From Escherichia phage HEMP5, in sequence record OR424388.1: a stretch of 64,000 bases of DNA. One strand, 5' to 3'. Positions 1-9,558 of the stretch are shown here, in pieces. The notes under the pieces are model-generated. The model did no database searches. It was not told where the DNA came from and saw only the letters and a program-made list of their open reading frames with translations. Numbering within the stretch: the stretch's first letter is position 1; each line of letters begins with the position of its first letter. The position numbers and the translations under genes are program-made.

Positions 1-1007
1 TTTAGTGCATTGTTCAGTTTAGAACGTTGCTTCGTAAGATTTTTGACTTTTTCTTGAGCTTTTTCTAGCATCTTTTCAGCTTCTAACACTTCATTAGTTG
101 CTTTAACGAGTTCATCATCTACTGCCTTGATAGACTTCTCAATCGCATCCGCGTGCCATTTTTCAACAGGTTTAAAACTCGGATTTTCAACAGGAAGAAA
201 ATTCACTTTATTGAATTTCCATGTATCTTTATTACCTGAACTATACATCCAAAATTTAGGATCGTTTGATGAGTAATTGGATAAATTTAAGATATCTTGC
301 ACTTCCTGCTTTTTCTCTTGCGGGACTTCGTCCTTTCTCAAAAAATCGTATTTAAATGAAACGATCATATCAAGTTCATACGTTGTTGTATGTTCCCAAT
401 TTCGCTCAAAATGAGGTAAAATCTTAGACTGAACCGCGGCAACTACATCCATATACTTAAATGCTTCTGTCAACTGTGATTTAAGGCATTCACAAATTGA
501 AAGAGAATTTTTTGTATTAGGTTTAAAGCTAATTCGTGCAGTTCTGTTATTTTCTTTTAATGGTCTTACTTCCATCTGAAGAGTATAACCATCAAATTTC
601 AGATTCTTTAAGTTAATATCAGAACCTTTTAATCGACTAGCCGTCGACAAAATTTGCTTTAATTGTTTACGGAATAGAGCAATAAATCTCCACTCAATAC
701 GATAATGATTTGGATTGAAAAATCCAGATGATAAATCGACCTTACTCTGACCAACACCTTGAACAAATAGAGGATTTTTATAATCAATAGTTTTACAGAA
801 ATCAGTGAGCTGCTCACGAGCAGTCATTTGTGTAATATACCCCGCTTTACTAAAATGACGTAATAATTCACTGCTATTTAGATATTTAAAGTGAATAGCA
901 CGATTAACTTTATCAGGGTCTAAATTATTTTCACACAAAAATGTCATAACATTACGAGTATCGCTGCCAGTACGAACCATATCTTCAATTTGAGAACGAG
1001 TTTTCAT
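1..1007 (-). CDS. hypothetical protein, partial (N-terminal ~335 aa; 3' end lies beyond window start)
   Basis: ATG at 1007 (minus), open frame to position 1 by manual translation (MKTRSQIEDMVRTGSDTRNVMTFLCENN...); coiled-coil-like C-terminal part; no recognisable family. Confidence 0.5.
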   Translation of the reverse strand, partial: MKTRSQIEDMVRTGSDTRNVMTFLCENNLDPDKVNRAIHFKYLNSSELLRHFSKAGYITQMTAREQLTDFCKTIDYKNPLFVQGVGQSKVDLSSGFFNPNHYRIEWRFIALFRKQLKQILSTASRLKGSDINLKNLKFDGYTLQMEVRPLKENNRTARISFKPNTKNSLSICECLKSQLTEAFKYMDVVAAVQSKILPHFERNWEHTTTYELDMIVSFKYDFLRKDEVPQEKKQEVQDILNLSNYSSNDPKFWMYSSGNKDTWKFNKVNFLPVENPSFKPVEKWHADAIEKSIKAVDDELVKATNEVLEAEKMLEKAQEKVKNLTKQRSKLNNAL

Positions 1008-1015
1008 GGTGTTCC

Positions 1016-1924
1016 TTAAGATTTAAGTAAATCAACAATTTTAATTAACTTTTCACGCTCAGATTTAGCTTTACTACTCAGTCCAGATAGTCTGAAAATT
1101 TCATCATCATATTGTTGAATAGAAATATTCAGCTCTTCAATCTGTTTATTAAAATAATCAATTTGTTCAGAATGTTTTTCGTTACTACGAACTGGTACAG
1201 GTTTTGTAGGCAATTTAGTTGAACTGGATTCATCCGGGCGATAAATTAAAACACAACTTGAACCAATAGGGCATTTTGCACCAGATGAATATTCTAATGT
1301 TCCAGCTTCTTTTAAAACTTCAAAAGCTAAACAGAGATGATGCCCCATATTAACATAATCTGTAGAGCGAGCTCTGATGTAATAATCATCGCCGCGAATA
1401 CTAAATTTAAAGCATTTAAGGTCTTCTGTATTATTGGTCTTAAAAATCATTTGTTTATCTAGACCTTTAGCTAATCGAGCGCCTAATGCTAATAATCGTC
1501 TTTGATTTTCCCACAAATCCGCAATCATTTGATCGAATGATAATTTTGGCATTAGTCGACCATAAAGGTCATATCCTTTATTATAATTACGAAGGATTTC
1601 ACTCGCATTAATACGAGACAATGCTCCAATTTTATTAAGGGCTTTCATAATGCGATTAGATAAACTCATTCCAGATCCGTTTGTTCGCTGCAAATGTTTT
1701 TCTAATCCAAATCCAATATCAACTTTAAACTTATCTAAAATTTCTGCATGAACATCTCTGTCAATAACATTCAAATCCAAAGTTGAGTTAAATCTATGAA
1801 AAAATTTATCTGGCTCTGCACTGCGAAATACAGTCCATTCATTTAATTTTTTATTAACTAAAGATTTAATTACTGCATTGACATTATTAATTACTACTGA
1901 CATATTTTCCTCACTCAATTTCAA
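1016..1924 (-). CDS. hypothetical protein (302 aa)
   Basis: ORF track; start overlaps stop of the upstream gene (1911..2318) in a compact operon. Confidence 0.6.
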   Translation of the reverse strand: MKLSEENMSVVINNVNAVIKSLVNKKLNEWTVFRSAEPDKFFHRFNSTLDLNVIDRDVHAEILDKFKVDIGFGLEKHLQRTNGSGMSLSNRIMKALNKIGALSRINASEILRNYNKGYDLYGRLMPKLSFDQMIADLWENQRRLLALGARLAKGLDKQMIFKTNNTEDLKCFKFSIRGDDYYIRARSTDYVNMGHHLCLAFEVLKEAGTLEYSSGAKCPIGSSCVLIYRPDESSSTKLPTKPVPVRSNEKHSEQIDYFNKQIEELNISIQQYDDEIFRLSGLSSKAKSEREKLIKIVDLLKS

Positions 1925-2318
1925 TTTTACTAAATATACAGAATAAGATGGAACAGACTATATAAGCACCACACACAGATTGAACTAATACCATTCCAAA
2001 GAACCAAACAATATTATCAAACAATGTCTGTTTTACGTCGAAAGGACGTAAACTTACAGTAATATTATCACCTTTTTCTATTGAAGAATACATCTCTGGG
2101 GAAATATATTCACTAAATCTATAACCATCTTTGAGTTCATATACGGCAATAAACGATAAACTAGACCCTTTTCCTTGTGTTCCTGTAATGGTATTAACTA
2201 CAGTAACATCATAATCTTTATAATGCATATAATCATTAATTGCGTAATAACCATATGCAATTACTACACATAAACAACATATCAATAAATTCAATCTTTT
2301 AATTATCAACTGTTTCAT
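1911..2318 (-). CDS. predicted membrane protein (135 aa, N- and C-terminal hydrophobic helices)
   Basis: ORF track; hydrophobic stretches LLICCLCVVIAYGYYAI and IVWFFGMVLVQSVCGAYIVCSILFCIF. Confidence 0.55.
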   Translation of the reverse strand: MKQLIIKRLNLLICCLCVVIAYGYYAINDYMHYKDYDVTVVNTITGTQGKGSSLSFIAVYELKDGYRFSEYISPEMYSSIEKGDNITVSLRPFDVKQTLFDNIVWFFGMVLVQSVCGAYIVCSILFCIFSKIEIE

Positions 2319-2373
2319 AATAATCTCAATTAAAAGGGCTTAGAACCATTATACCATCCTTGGTATAAAGCGG

Positions 2374-2901
2374 TTATGCGAGTACCGTCTTTAACCGTTC
2401 TTCAAACTTCCGAAGAGTATTTTGGCGTTCAGCTCTTTGCTTTTTGTAAGTTTCAATACGCTCTGAAATGAGAGTGTATCGTTCATTTACTGATTCTTTC
2501 ATAAAATCAGGAATTTCACGAGAAGCTTTAATCTCGTCAAATTTATCAATAACAGCTTGCTCTTCAGCAATTAAGTTATCATACATTAAAATATCTTTCT
2601 TGATAAACTCAATATCTTCTTGAGTTACACGAGATAATTTAGATGCTTTATCCTTTTTGTACTGTTCGTTAGTATCACGAGACCAGTGTAATGTACGATT
2701 TTTATTCGTATTTTTGTAAATTTCTACAATACCGATCTCATCGATAATAACGATCCAATTCCAACGGGATTTGTAAATTTGTCCTCCATCAACAGTGATT
2801 TCACCTCCGATTGAGATGTCATTAAAGAACTTGCTTTGCGCTTCAGATTTAAATTTACCATCGTTGTAATTTACTAAGTTGAAAATATCTTTAGCGTTCA
2901 T
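2374..2901 (-). CDS. hypothetical protein (175 aa)
   Basis: ORF track; preceded by early-promoter-like element and GGAGGAACAGAAAATG RBS. Confidence 0.6.
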   Translation of the reverse strand: MNAKDIFNLVNYNDGKFKSEAQSKFFNDISIGGEITVDGGQIYKSRWNWIVIIDEIGIVEIYKNTNKNRTLHWSRDTNEQYKKDKASKLSRVTQEDIEFIKKDILMYDNLIAEEQAVIDKFDEIKASREIPDFMKESVNERYTLISERIETYKKQRAERQNTLRKFEERLKTVLA

Positions 2902-2924
2902 TTTCTGTTCCTCCGTAGTTGATA

Positions 2925-2960
2925 GTTGTATAGTACCACAGAGGAACAGTCTTGTAAACC
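2925..2960 (-). promoter_or_regulatory. T4 early-type promoter (GTTTAC -35, ~17 nt spacer, TACTATAC -10-like element)
   Basis: minus-strand reading GTTTACAAGACTGTTCCTCTGTGGTACTATACAACT directly upstream of CDS 2374..2901. Confidence 0.4.
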
Positions 2961-2961
2961 A

Positions 2962-3276
2962 CTAAAAGAAACTTCTTTCACAATTTTTTCCACTGAACCA
3001 TGCGCTTACCGCTTTCTTAGTCTCAGGAGCAGTGTTATCCATAAACCATTCAAAGGCAGCCTTTTTATGATTCTGGAGGGCTTCTCGGGCTTTAATCTGC
3101 TCACGGTCTATTAACACTAACATATGAGCCTTTCTTGTCACCATGGGCTTCTTATGATTTTTTGAATACTCCCAGTCATTTGTCCATCGCATTGTCGTTG
3201 CGAACTTAAATACTGCTTCTTTAATTTTAGTTTCGTAAATTTCACGAGCCTTTGAGTATAACATCATTACCTCCAT
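2962..3276 (-). CDS. hypothetical protein (104 aa)
   Basis: ORF track. Confidence 0.5.
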   Translation of the reverse strand: MEVMMLYSKAREIYETKIKEAVFKFATTMRWTNDWEYSKNHKKPMVTRKAHMLVLIDREQIKAREALQNHKKAAFEWFMDNTAPETKKAVSAWFSGKNCERSFF

Positions 3277-3365
3277 TCACCAGTTTAATTCTAGTCATCT
3301 TTTTAATGGCAGTCCATATAATCTATTTCTGAACTGCCTTTTTGTCATAGAAGTCCTCTTATGAA

Positions 3366-4334
3366 TTATTTCAGAAGAGTAACCTCAGCAATTTCTTCCC
3401 AACCGTTTTTGTCGGTCATAATAAAGTCAGCAAGATAAAGAGCAGTACGCAGTGAAACATTGCGTAAACGATTAACATTAACTTTCATCCATGATAATGC
3501 TTTATAAGTTTCTTCATCAGAAAGACCGCGCTTTTGCATCATGTCAGTTGAAAGAATAACATCTTCAACCCTGACCATAATTTCTTCATTAGTGTGAACA
3601 CCCAAATCCAAATAAACCGAGCGGGACACTAATGCTTGTAAATGTGGAGCAAGTTTAGTACCACGGTCTAATTCGCGGTCAATGTCAACGTTTGTGATAA
3701 AAACAATCGTTCCTTTAAATTCAAACTCACGCTCAATGCCTTTTTCTTCTAAGTAAGAAGACGCAGTGCTCCAGCAGACTTTACGGGTCTCTCCGGTGTC
3801 CAGAGCAGCTTTCAGAAGATTAAGAATGTCCATATCAGAGAAAACATCCACATCATCAATCAAAAGGACAGAATTCTCTTCACGATTATTCCAAAGCTGT
3901 TCATAAAGACCAATACCAGAGATTTTACCATTAATGCTTTTATATTCAATGTATCCAATATCATTTGCTTTATTTAAAGCTTTATCTAAAGAATACGTTT
4001 TACCAATGCCTGCCGCACCAGAGATAATTAATGAACGAATGTTTCCGTTAATAATACCATTCGTCATCATTCCCATAACATTAAATCTTTTATTAATGCG
4101 GGTTTTCATATCTTCATACGATTCTTTAACTTCTTCAACTTTTACACCATCATATGAAATGTCTGATTTGTAAACCCAAACACCGCGACGTTTACCGTCA
4201 ATTTCAACAAAAACTTTACCATCTCCTTGTGCATCTACTGGAGCATTATCTGGGAACCATTCGCCTAAGAGCTCAAAAGTTCCAGAGATTTCTTTACCGA
4301 AGTAGATACCCTTATTGATAGTTACAGTTTTCAT
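3366..4334 (-). CDS. AAA+/P-loop ATPase (Walker A GAAGIGKT, Walker B VLLIDDVD), ~322 aa
   Basis: ORF track ORF 3366..4478 trimmed to internal ATG at 4334 (MKTVTINKG...) which has a GGAG RBS and sits downstream of an early promoter; the longer form would read through the promoter and terminator hairpin. Confidence 0.65.
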   Translation of the reverse strand: MKTVTINKGIYFGKEISGTFELLGEWFPDNAPVDAQGDGKVFVEIDGKRRGVWVYKSDISYDGVKVEEVKESYEDMKTRINKRFNVMGMMTNGIINGNIRSLIISGAAGIGKTYSLDKALNKANDIGYIEYKSINGKISGIGLYEQLWNNREENSVLLIDDVDVFSDMDILNLLKAALDTGETRKVCWSTASSYLEEKGIEREFEFKGTIVFITNVDIDRELDRGTKLAPHLQALVSRSVYLDLGVHTNEEIMVRVEDVILSTDMMQKRGLSDEETYKALSWMKVNVNRLRNVSLRTALYLADFIMTDKNGWEEIAEVTLLK

Positions 4335-4363
4335 TTTATTCTCCAAATCCGTATCAGTTGATA

Positions 4364-4398
4364 GTTGTATAGTACCATAAAGCTTTATGCTTGTAAAC
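4364..4398 (-). promoter_or_regulatory. T4 early-type promoter
   Basis: minus-strand GTTTACAAGCATAAAGCTTTATGGTACTATACAACTATCAACTG upstream of ATG 4334. Confidence 0.4.
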
Positions 4399-4419
4399 AA
4401 TTTTGTGAAAAAATTTTTG

Positions 4420-4447
4420 AAATAAAAAAGGGAGCCCGAAGGCTCCC
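4420..4447 (-). terminator. rho-independent terminator hairpin (GGGAGCC-TTCG-GGCTCCC followed by T-run on minus strand)
   Basis: perfect inverted repeat 4430..4447 plus A-run on plus strand, immediately 3' of CDS 4450..5463. Confidence 0.6.
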
Positions 4448-4449
4448 TA

Positions 4450-5463
4450 TCATTTATAATAACTTCGGTGGTTTTCAAGATAAACCTGTTCGAGGAAATT
4501 ATTCCAAAAGCTCATATCTACTGTTTTAGGCATACCATTCTTAGAAGCTTCAGTAGATGCTGCTTCTACTTGATCGACCACATCTTCCAAAAACTCTTGA
4601 ACTGTTTTAAATGGATGTTTACCCAACTTCACGTCGAGAATAAATGGAGCATCTTGGAGTGGATAAACCAAGTCACCAGTTTTGTAAATTTCCAATAGTT
4701 GAAGTCCACCACGACAAGCATGACTCAGAGCTTTCCAGTCAATACCTTCATTGGCTTCGGCCTTACGAGCACGTTCACCATATTCAGCATCTAATTTGTT
4801 CAGTGACTGCTTAAGCTCAATAAGAGAAAGCGTTGTCTGATATTTACGACCCAACACTGTGTAGAACGTTTGTGGACCTGTTTTCTCATGATTATGGAAC
4901 ACCCATTCACAGAATTCGTTTTCTGGAAGACGATGCTTAATATCTTCAACTTTAGTGCGACGCTGCTTAATAGAACCATCTTCTTGGTAATCAACCCATT
5001 GCTCAGGGATTTGATTAACTACTTTCAATACATCACGTAATGCAGCCAAACGAGAACCCTTGACACCGTATTTAGAAGCTTGCTTGCGGACATATCCTAA
5101 ATATGATTTCATGTTAGTCGTATAAAAACGAGAACGGTTGTCTTGAATAAACTTCCACACATCAGGCAAATCAGATTTAACCACTAGTTCAGGTGGAGTG
5201 TGAAGCATATCCAACGCTACAGTTTCACCATCTGCCGCTAATTTAAAGAAATACTTAAGACTGTATAGTTCATGGTCAATATCATCTTTAGTGTTTTTAG
5301 ATGATGTGTTGTTAGTGTTTTTACTCATGTGCTCTTTGACATTTCCGATAAGAATATCGCGAGCAGGAGGAACAAAGATTTCTTTAAAATCTACATCAGA
5401 TTCTGGGGTAGAAGTTCCATAAAGATGACTACCAAAATAGCTTTTCATTACTGTTTTCATCAT
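4450..5463 (-). CDS. Pol-beta-superfamily nucleotidyltransferase-fold protein (337 aa)
   Basis: N-terminus YFGSHLYGTSTPESDVDF matches the [GS]-x(9-13)-D-x-[DE] NTase signature, with a candidate third acidic residue in TVALDMLH; rest unrecognised. Confidence 0.6.
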   Translation of the reverse strand: MMKTVMKSYFGSHLYGTSTPESDVDFKEIFVPPARDILIGNVKEHMSKNTNNTSSKNTKDDIDHELYSLKYFFKLAADGETVALDMLHTPPELVVKSDLPDVWKFIQDNRSRFYTTNMKSYLGYVRKQASKYGVKGSRLAALRDVLKVVNQIPEQWVDYQEDGSIKQRRTKVEDIKHRLPENEFCEWVFHNHEKTGPQTFYTVLGRKYQTTLSLIELKQSLNKLDAEYGERARKAEANEGIDWKALSHACRGGLQLLEIYKTGDLVYPLQDAPFILDVKLGKHPFKTVQEFLEDVVDQVEAASTEASKNGMPKTVDMSFWNNFLEQVYLENHRSYYK

Positions 5464-5921
5464 TCAGCCTTATATTCAATAACAGGACATACTTTAGCTT
5501 TACGCGCTTTTAAAAATTCGACGATAATAGATTTCTTGGGTTGAATAGGAGGTAAACCTTTATACGCCCTATCAATATTTTCTACATGTAAAGCATAATC
5601 CTTTTTCCATTTATAATCTTTATATTTTTCATGCAGTTGTGCAGGAATAACAAATGAACCAATAATAAGTAAAATAAGCAAAATGGCAAGTATAAATGCT
5701 GATGGAATAAGAGTCCATAAACTACCAAAAATAAGCCATTTCTGTATGATTTCTGCACAGATAATAGTTAGACCTGCGAGTATAGTACATCCGAAAAAAG
5801 AAACGAAAAATGTAGGGATAACAATAGACCAAAAGTATGCACACAGTGTCTTAGGTCGTTTCCATTCGTCGTTAAACAGTTTGAATAATTTATAGTGCCA
5901 AGAGTTTTCATTAATAATCAT
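5460..5921 (-). CDS. predicted inner-membrane protein (153 aa, multiple TM helices)
   Basis: ORF track; long hydrophobic segments; start/stop overlaps with neighbours. Confidence 0.6.
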   Translation of the reverse strand: MIINENSWHYKLFKLFNDEWKRPKTLCAYFWSIVIPTFFVSFFGCTILAGLTIICAEIIQKWLIFGSLWTLIPSAFILAILLILLIIGSFVIPAQLHEKYKDYKWKKDYALHVENIDRAYKGLPPIQPKKSIIVEFLKARKAKVCPVIEYKAE

Positions 5922-5923
5922 AA

Positions 5924-6445
5924 TTATCCTTTCATTGAAGGTGTAACAGTTGTTAAATACTTAATCATAGCTTCAGCTTCTGATTTTGATAATGAAATTT
6001 CTCCATTGTTTTGACGAATAGAAATAAAATCCGGATGACGGTCACCACCAGCTTTTAAAACACACATATAAGTATCAGTTTCATCTTCAATATCTGAAAT
6101 GATTGAAGCAGTTCCACATGAATGTGGTTTTTGATAAATCAATACAGCTTTTCTTCCACCGTTTGACTGTTCATAAACTTTTAACACATCAAACAAATCG
6201 CTTCTTTTATCAATAGCTAAGATGTTGTTTTCATCTTCAATATTAAATCCTTCGGATACTTCATAAAGTGTCACCCATAAATCACCAATATCAATAACAG
6301 CGTTCACTTTTCCATGACTTTCAAGAGCATTACAAATTTTCTTAATTTCATCATAACTCATTTTAATAATATCATCTCCTTGAATAAGGAAGATGTCATT
6401 TTTAAATTCAACGCGAATTAAACCACTTCCACTTGAAATAAACAT
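5924..6445 (-). CDS. hypothetical protein (173 aa), paralog of next gene
   Basis: ORF track; C-terminal motif SKSEAEAMIKYLTTVTPSM shared with 6452..7009 product (TKDEAIALKTYLDSVIPTM). Confidence 0.6.
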   Translation of the reverse strand: MFISSGSGLIRVEFKNDIFLIQGDDIIKMSYDEIKKICNALESHGKVNAVIDIGDLWVTLYEVSEGFNIEDENNILAIDKRSDLFDVLKVYEQSNGGRKAVLIYQKPHSCGTASIISDIEDETDTYMCVLKAGGDRHPDFISIRQNNGEISLSKSEAEAMIKYLTTVTPSMKG

Positions 6446-6451
6446 ATTTCC

Positions 6452-7009
6452 TCACTTTGAAATCATAGTTGGAATGACAGAATCAAGATAAGTCTTTAGC
6501 GCAATAGCTTCGTCTTTGGTAAATGTGACAATATGCGATCGAAAATCATCAATTTGACGAATAGTTAAGACATCTCCATCTTCATAACATTTTGATACGT
6601 TTAAAACAGTTTCATCATTATGATTGCAAGCGTTAGTAATAATAGCATTGCAATTTTTAAACCATTTTAAACTATGTTTTCTTTCATTAGAATAATAAAA
6701 ATATTTAATCTTATCTATAAAACTGTCCCAATGAATAACTGATAGGCATATTGACTCGCTTTCAATATTAAATCCTGGGCATGAAGAATAAAAATGAATT
6801 TTGTGCTCATCATTGATGCTTACTATTTTATCAGTATAAGGATATTCAATTTGGGTTAAATGAATGATTTCACTAGGCGTAAAATATAGCATATCGTCTT
6901 CTTGTGTCAAACGATACATATTATTTACTTTTTCTATAGCTAATTCACCAAAAAGCGGACTAACTTCTAATACTAATCGTTTCATATTGATTCTCTTCGA
7001 CTCACCCAC
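6452..7009 (-). CDS. hypothetical protein (up to 185 aa; GTG start in track, ATG alternative at 6985)
   Basis: ORF track; paralogous C-terminus to 5924..6445. Confidence 0.55.
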   Translation of the reverse strand: MGESKRINMKRLVLEVSPLFGELAIEKVNNMYRLTQEDDMLYFTPSEIIHLTQIEYPYTDKIVSINDEHKIHFYSSCPGFNIESESICLSVIHWDSFIDKIKYFYYSNERKHSLKWFKNCNAIITNACNHNDETVLNVSKCYEDGDVLTIRQIDDFRSHIVTFTKDEAIALKTYLDSVIPTMISK

Positions 7010-7139
7010 AATTACATACTCCTTTGAATAATATCAATAATGTTGTTCACCAGATTATAAGTAAACATTGGATAATTATATTGAATCATCACATACACAA
7101 CAAACAAAACTTTCATTCTCTTCTCCTTGGCAGTTGACA

Positions 7140-7174
7140 AGATTACTATATCATAACCTTGCCAACTTGTAAAC
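7140..7174 (-). promoter_or_regulatory. T4 early-type promoter-like element
   Basis: minus-strand GTTTACAAGTTGGCAAGGTTATGATATAGTAATC. Confidence 0.3.
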
Positions 7175-7176
7175 CA

Positions 7177-7350
7177 TTAAATGACGTTTTCAATAAAATT
7201 CTGAAGCTTTGTGTGAGCATCAACCATGATTTTCATTTCTTCCTTTGCGAAAGCTGTACCTCTTTCCCTAGCAGAATACTCATAGTCAGAAACTGCATTA
7301 GCATATTCTTCAATTAGCTTCATTAAAAACATCTGCTTTTCAGTTTTCAT
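7177..7350 (-). CDS. small hypothetical protein (57 aa; below ORF-track size cutoff)
   Basis: manual translation MKTEKQMFLMKLIEEYANAVSDYEYSARERGTAFAKEEMKIMVDAHTKLQNFIENVI; start overlaps stop of 7340..7534. Confidence 0.35.
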   Translation of the reverse strand: MKTEKQMFLMKLIEEYANAVSDYEYSARERGTAFAKEEMKIMVDAHTKLQNFIENVI

Positions 7351-7534
7351 TATTCCACCTAATCATTTCAAGATATTGAACTAACTTAGCTTTGGATTTA
7401 TCCAAATCCTTTTTAGCTGCTTCTATACCATCGTATGAGTATCCTTCACAATGCTCAACTGCTAATTGATATGAATCTATTTCAACATCACGTGCTAATT
7501 TAATAATTTTTTCAAACTGTTCACGTGTTAGCAT
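7340..7534 (-). CDS. small hypothetical protein (64 aa)
   Basis: ORF track. Confidence 0.5.
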   Translation of the reverse strand: MLTREQFEKIIKLARDVEIDSYQLAVEHCEGYSYDGIEAAKKDLDKSKAKLVQYLEMIRWNNEN

Positions 7535-7536
7535 AC

Positions 7537-7776
7537 TTAAACTCTCGTATTATGATCGATAATTTCATCAAGAAACATATCTAAAGCTTCTACAGCATTA
7601 TCAACTTTAGCTTCAAATTTTTCAATACCTTTATTTGCAATGCCTGCCGAAAACCAAGCAAAGTCACTAAGTTCCTCATCTGCTTTGCGAATTAAAGCTA
7701 CCAATTCTTTAATTTTATCTGCTTGTTCAATTCTAGCCATTATTCCACCACATATGAAAGAGAGAATATTGCACAC
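7537..7776 (-). CDS. small hypothetical protein (79 aa, or 67 aa from internal Met)
   Basis: ORF track. Confidence 0.45.
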   Translation of the reverse strand: MCNILSFICGGIMARIEQADKIKELVALIRKADEELSDFAWFSAGIANKGIEKFEAKVDNAVEALDMFLDEIIDHNTRV

Positions 7777-7928
7777 GCCATATGAGTTGCAGCTTCATCA
7801 CACATATCATAACGTTTCTTAAGAAGTTCTACAAGTTCTTCACTAGTAACTTCATCCATGTCGACGAAAAAATCACCATTAATGATGACGTAGATATTTC
7901 CTTCTTGATTGAGTGCTTCAATTTTCAT
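7740..7928 (-). CDS. small hypothetical protein (62 aa, start MKIEALNQ)
   Basis: track ORF 7740..7973 trimmed to ATG 7928 with AAAGAGGAGAACATC RBS downstream of early promoter. Confidence 0.45.
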   Translation of the reverse strand: MKIEALNQEGNIYVIINGDFFVDMDEVTSEELVELLKKRYDMCDEAATHMACAIFSLSYVVE

Positions 7929-7952
7929 GATGTTCTCCTCTTTATCCGATGG

Positions 7953-7986
7953 TTGTATAGTATCACAGCTCAAATTGAAAGTAAAC
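7953..7986 (-). promoter_or_regulatory. T4 early-type promoter
   Basis: minus-strand GTTTACTTTCAATTTGAGCTGTGATACTATACAACC upstream of 7928. Confidence 0.4.
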
Positions 7987-8023
7987 TGGTAAAATGAAAA
8001 AAGTCTCCCGAAGGAGACTAATG

Positions 8024-8410
8024 TTATTCGAGGGAAAGAAGATATTTGCTCTGGTAAAACATCCCAGTAATATCATCTATCGTGCTTTGAATAGCTGGAG
8101 GCATTTCTTTATAAATGCTGTTAGATTGGTCTAGTATGTGATCAATCATTCTAATTGTGTCGGTAGGAAGTTTACTGGCATCTGGAATAGAAGGCGTGTA
8201 TTTTCTACCAGAATACCCCAAATATTGCTCACCAAATTTATCAATCAAATCTGGCAACTCAGAGAAAATAAAATCGTATGCTTTGTGTCTAGCATAACTT
8301 TTAGTTTCAAAATGCGCAGAATGAAAATAAGCTTGTGCAGCCATTAATAAACCTAAGTATTCATCTGCCTTTGAAGGTTTTCCACTTTGTGAAAAGTCGC
8401 TGAATTTCAT
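8024..8410 (-). CDS. hypothetical protein (128 aa), positional equivalent of T4 rI.-1
   Basis: ORF track; immediately downstream (in transcription) of rI. Confidence 0.6.
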   Translation of the reverse strand: MKFSDFSQSGKPSKADEYLGLLMAAQAYFHSAHFETKSYARHKAYDFIFSELPDLIDKFGEQYLGYSGRKYTPSIPDASKLPTDTIRMIDHILDQSNSIYKEMPPAIQSTIDDITGMFYQSKYLLSLE

Positions 8411-8700
8411 TCAGTCTCCAATTTAATGTTCATAATTCTAGCGTATGATTGTGCCATCTCCGCGCCTCGTTCTATACATTCAAAATCGGAAGAGCACGGG
8501 TCATTTTTATAAGTCGTTCGCATAAAACTATAGAACTGTTCAGATGATTCTACGCTTTTATTTTCAAAAAGCATATAAACGTGTCTAATACCAGATTCCA
8601 TAAATTTATCAAAATGAGGATCGACATTCGCTTCAATTGGTGGAGATAAAGCAAACGCTAATCCTAGCATGGCAAATAGTGCCGTTGCTTTTAAGGCCAT
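8407..8700 (-). CDS. rI: lysis-inhibition regulator rI (97 aa, N-terminal signal/anchor)
   Basis: MALKATALFAMLGLAFALSPPIEANVDPHFDKFMESG... matches remembered T4 RI; size 97 aa identical. Confidence 0.85.
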   Translation of the reverse strand: MALKATALFAMLGLAFALSPPIEANVDPHFDKFMESGIRHVYMLFENKSVESSEQFYSFMRTTYKNDPCSSDFECIERGAEMAQSYARIMNIKLETE

Positions 8701-8712
8701 AAAGGCCTCCTA

Positions 8713-8925
8713 TCATTTTTGTCCTGTATTTACTTTATGCCGATGCACGGCCTTAACTTTATCAAGGTATTTTTCAAAATTTCGCAATCTAGTATAGTCT
8801 GCCGGAGATTGGTTGAGTGATACTTCTCGACGCAAAGCTGAAATGATATTTCCAACTTCCCTACGAATTTCATCTAATTGAAGAACAGTAAGATTGCGAA
8901 GTTGCTTTTCAGTTAATTGTAGCAT
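8713..8925 (-). CDS. small hypothetical protein (70 aa)
   Basis: ORF track. Confidence 0.5.
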
Positions 8926-8967
8926 ATATACCCCTTTAGTTAGATAAACCTATTTATAACTTTTGCA

Positions 8968-9549
8968 CTAACCGAGCTTTTTAGTTAATTCATTCCAATG
9001 TTTTCTACACAAAGAAACATAAATTTCATCACCAATACAGATTTGATTACCTTCTTTAACTGGTGTTCCATCTTCCATTAATCGAGCTGTCATAATAGCT
9101 TTTTTACCACAATGACAAACTGCCTTTAGTTCAATAAGTTTATCTGCAATCGCCAAAAGTTCTTTAGAACCTTCAAATAATTTTCCAGCGAAATCAGTCC
9201 TTAGCCCATAAGCCATAACAGGAACATTATATGTATCAACAATTCGACTTAATTGATGCACCTGTTCAGTTTTTAAAAACTGAGCTTCATCTACAAATAC
9301 ACAATGAATATCTTTTTGTGCTTCAGCCCATTTATAGAACTCAAAAATATCCATATCATCCGTAATAATATTCGCTTCCTGCTTAATTCCAATGCGAGAA
9401 ACGACTTCACAGACAGAATCGCGAGTATCAATAGCAGGCTTAAGAACTAATACACCCATTCCGCGTTCTTTATAATTATGTGCAGCAGTCAAAAGAGAAG
9501 CAGATTTTCCAGCATTCATTGCTGCGTAAGTAAAAATTAAACTCGCCAT
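8968..9549 (-). CDS. tk: thymidine kinase
   Basis: P-loop NAGKSASLL, VDEAQF, zinc-ribbon Cys pairs CHCGKKA/CRKH typical of TK; 193 aa as in T4. Confidence 0.95.
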   Translation of the reverse strand: MASLIFTYAAMNAGKSASLLTAAHNYKERGMGVLVLKPAIDTRDSVCEVVSRIGIKQEANIITDDMDIFEFYKWAEAQKDIHCVFVDEAQFLKTEQVHQLSRIVDTYNVPVMAYGLRTDFAGKLFEGSKELLAIADKLIELKAVCHCGKKAIMTARLMEDGTPVKEGNQICIGDEIYVSLCRKHWNELTKKLG

Positions 9550-9558
9550 ATCACCTTC

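Noticed and set aside
4335-4478. N-terminal 48-aa extension of the AAA+ ATPase ORF (track start 4478)
   Set aside because: The extension reads through an early promoter and into a terminator hairpin; the internal ATG at 4334 has a GGAG RBS and is the more plausible start.
7017-7121. 34-aa hydrophobic micro-ORF behind the promoter-like element at 7140..7174
   Set aside because: Too short and unsupported to call; noted only as a possibility.
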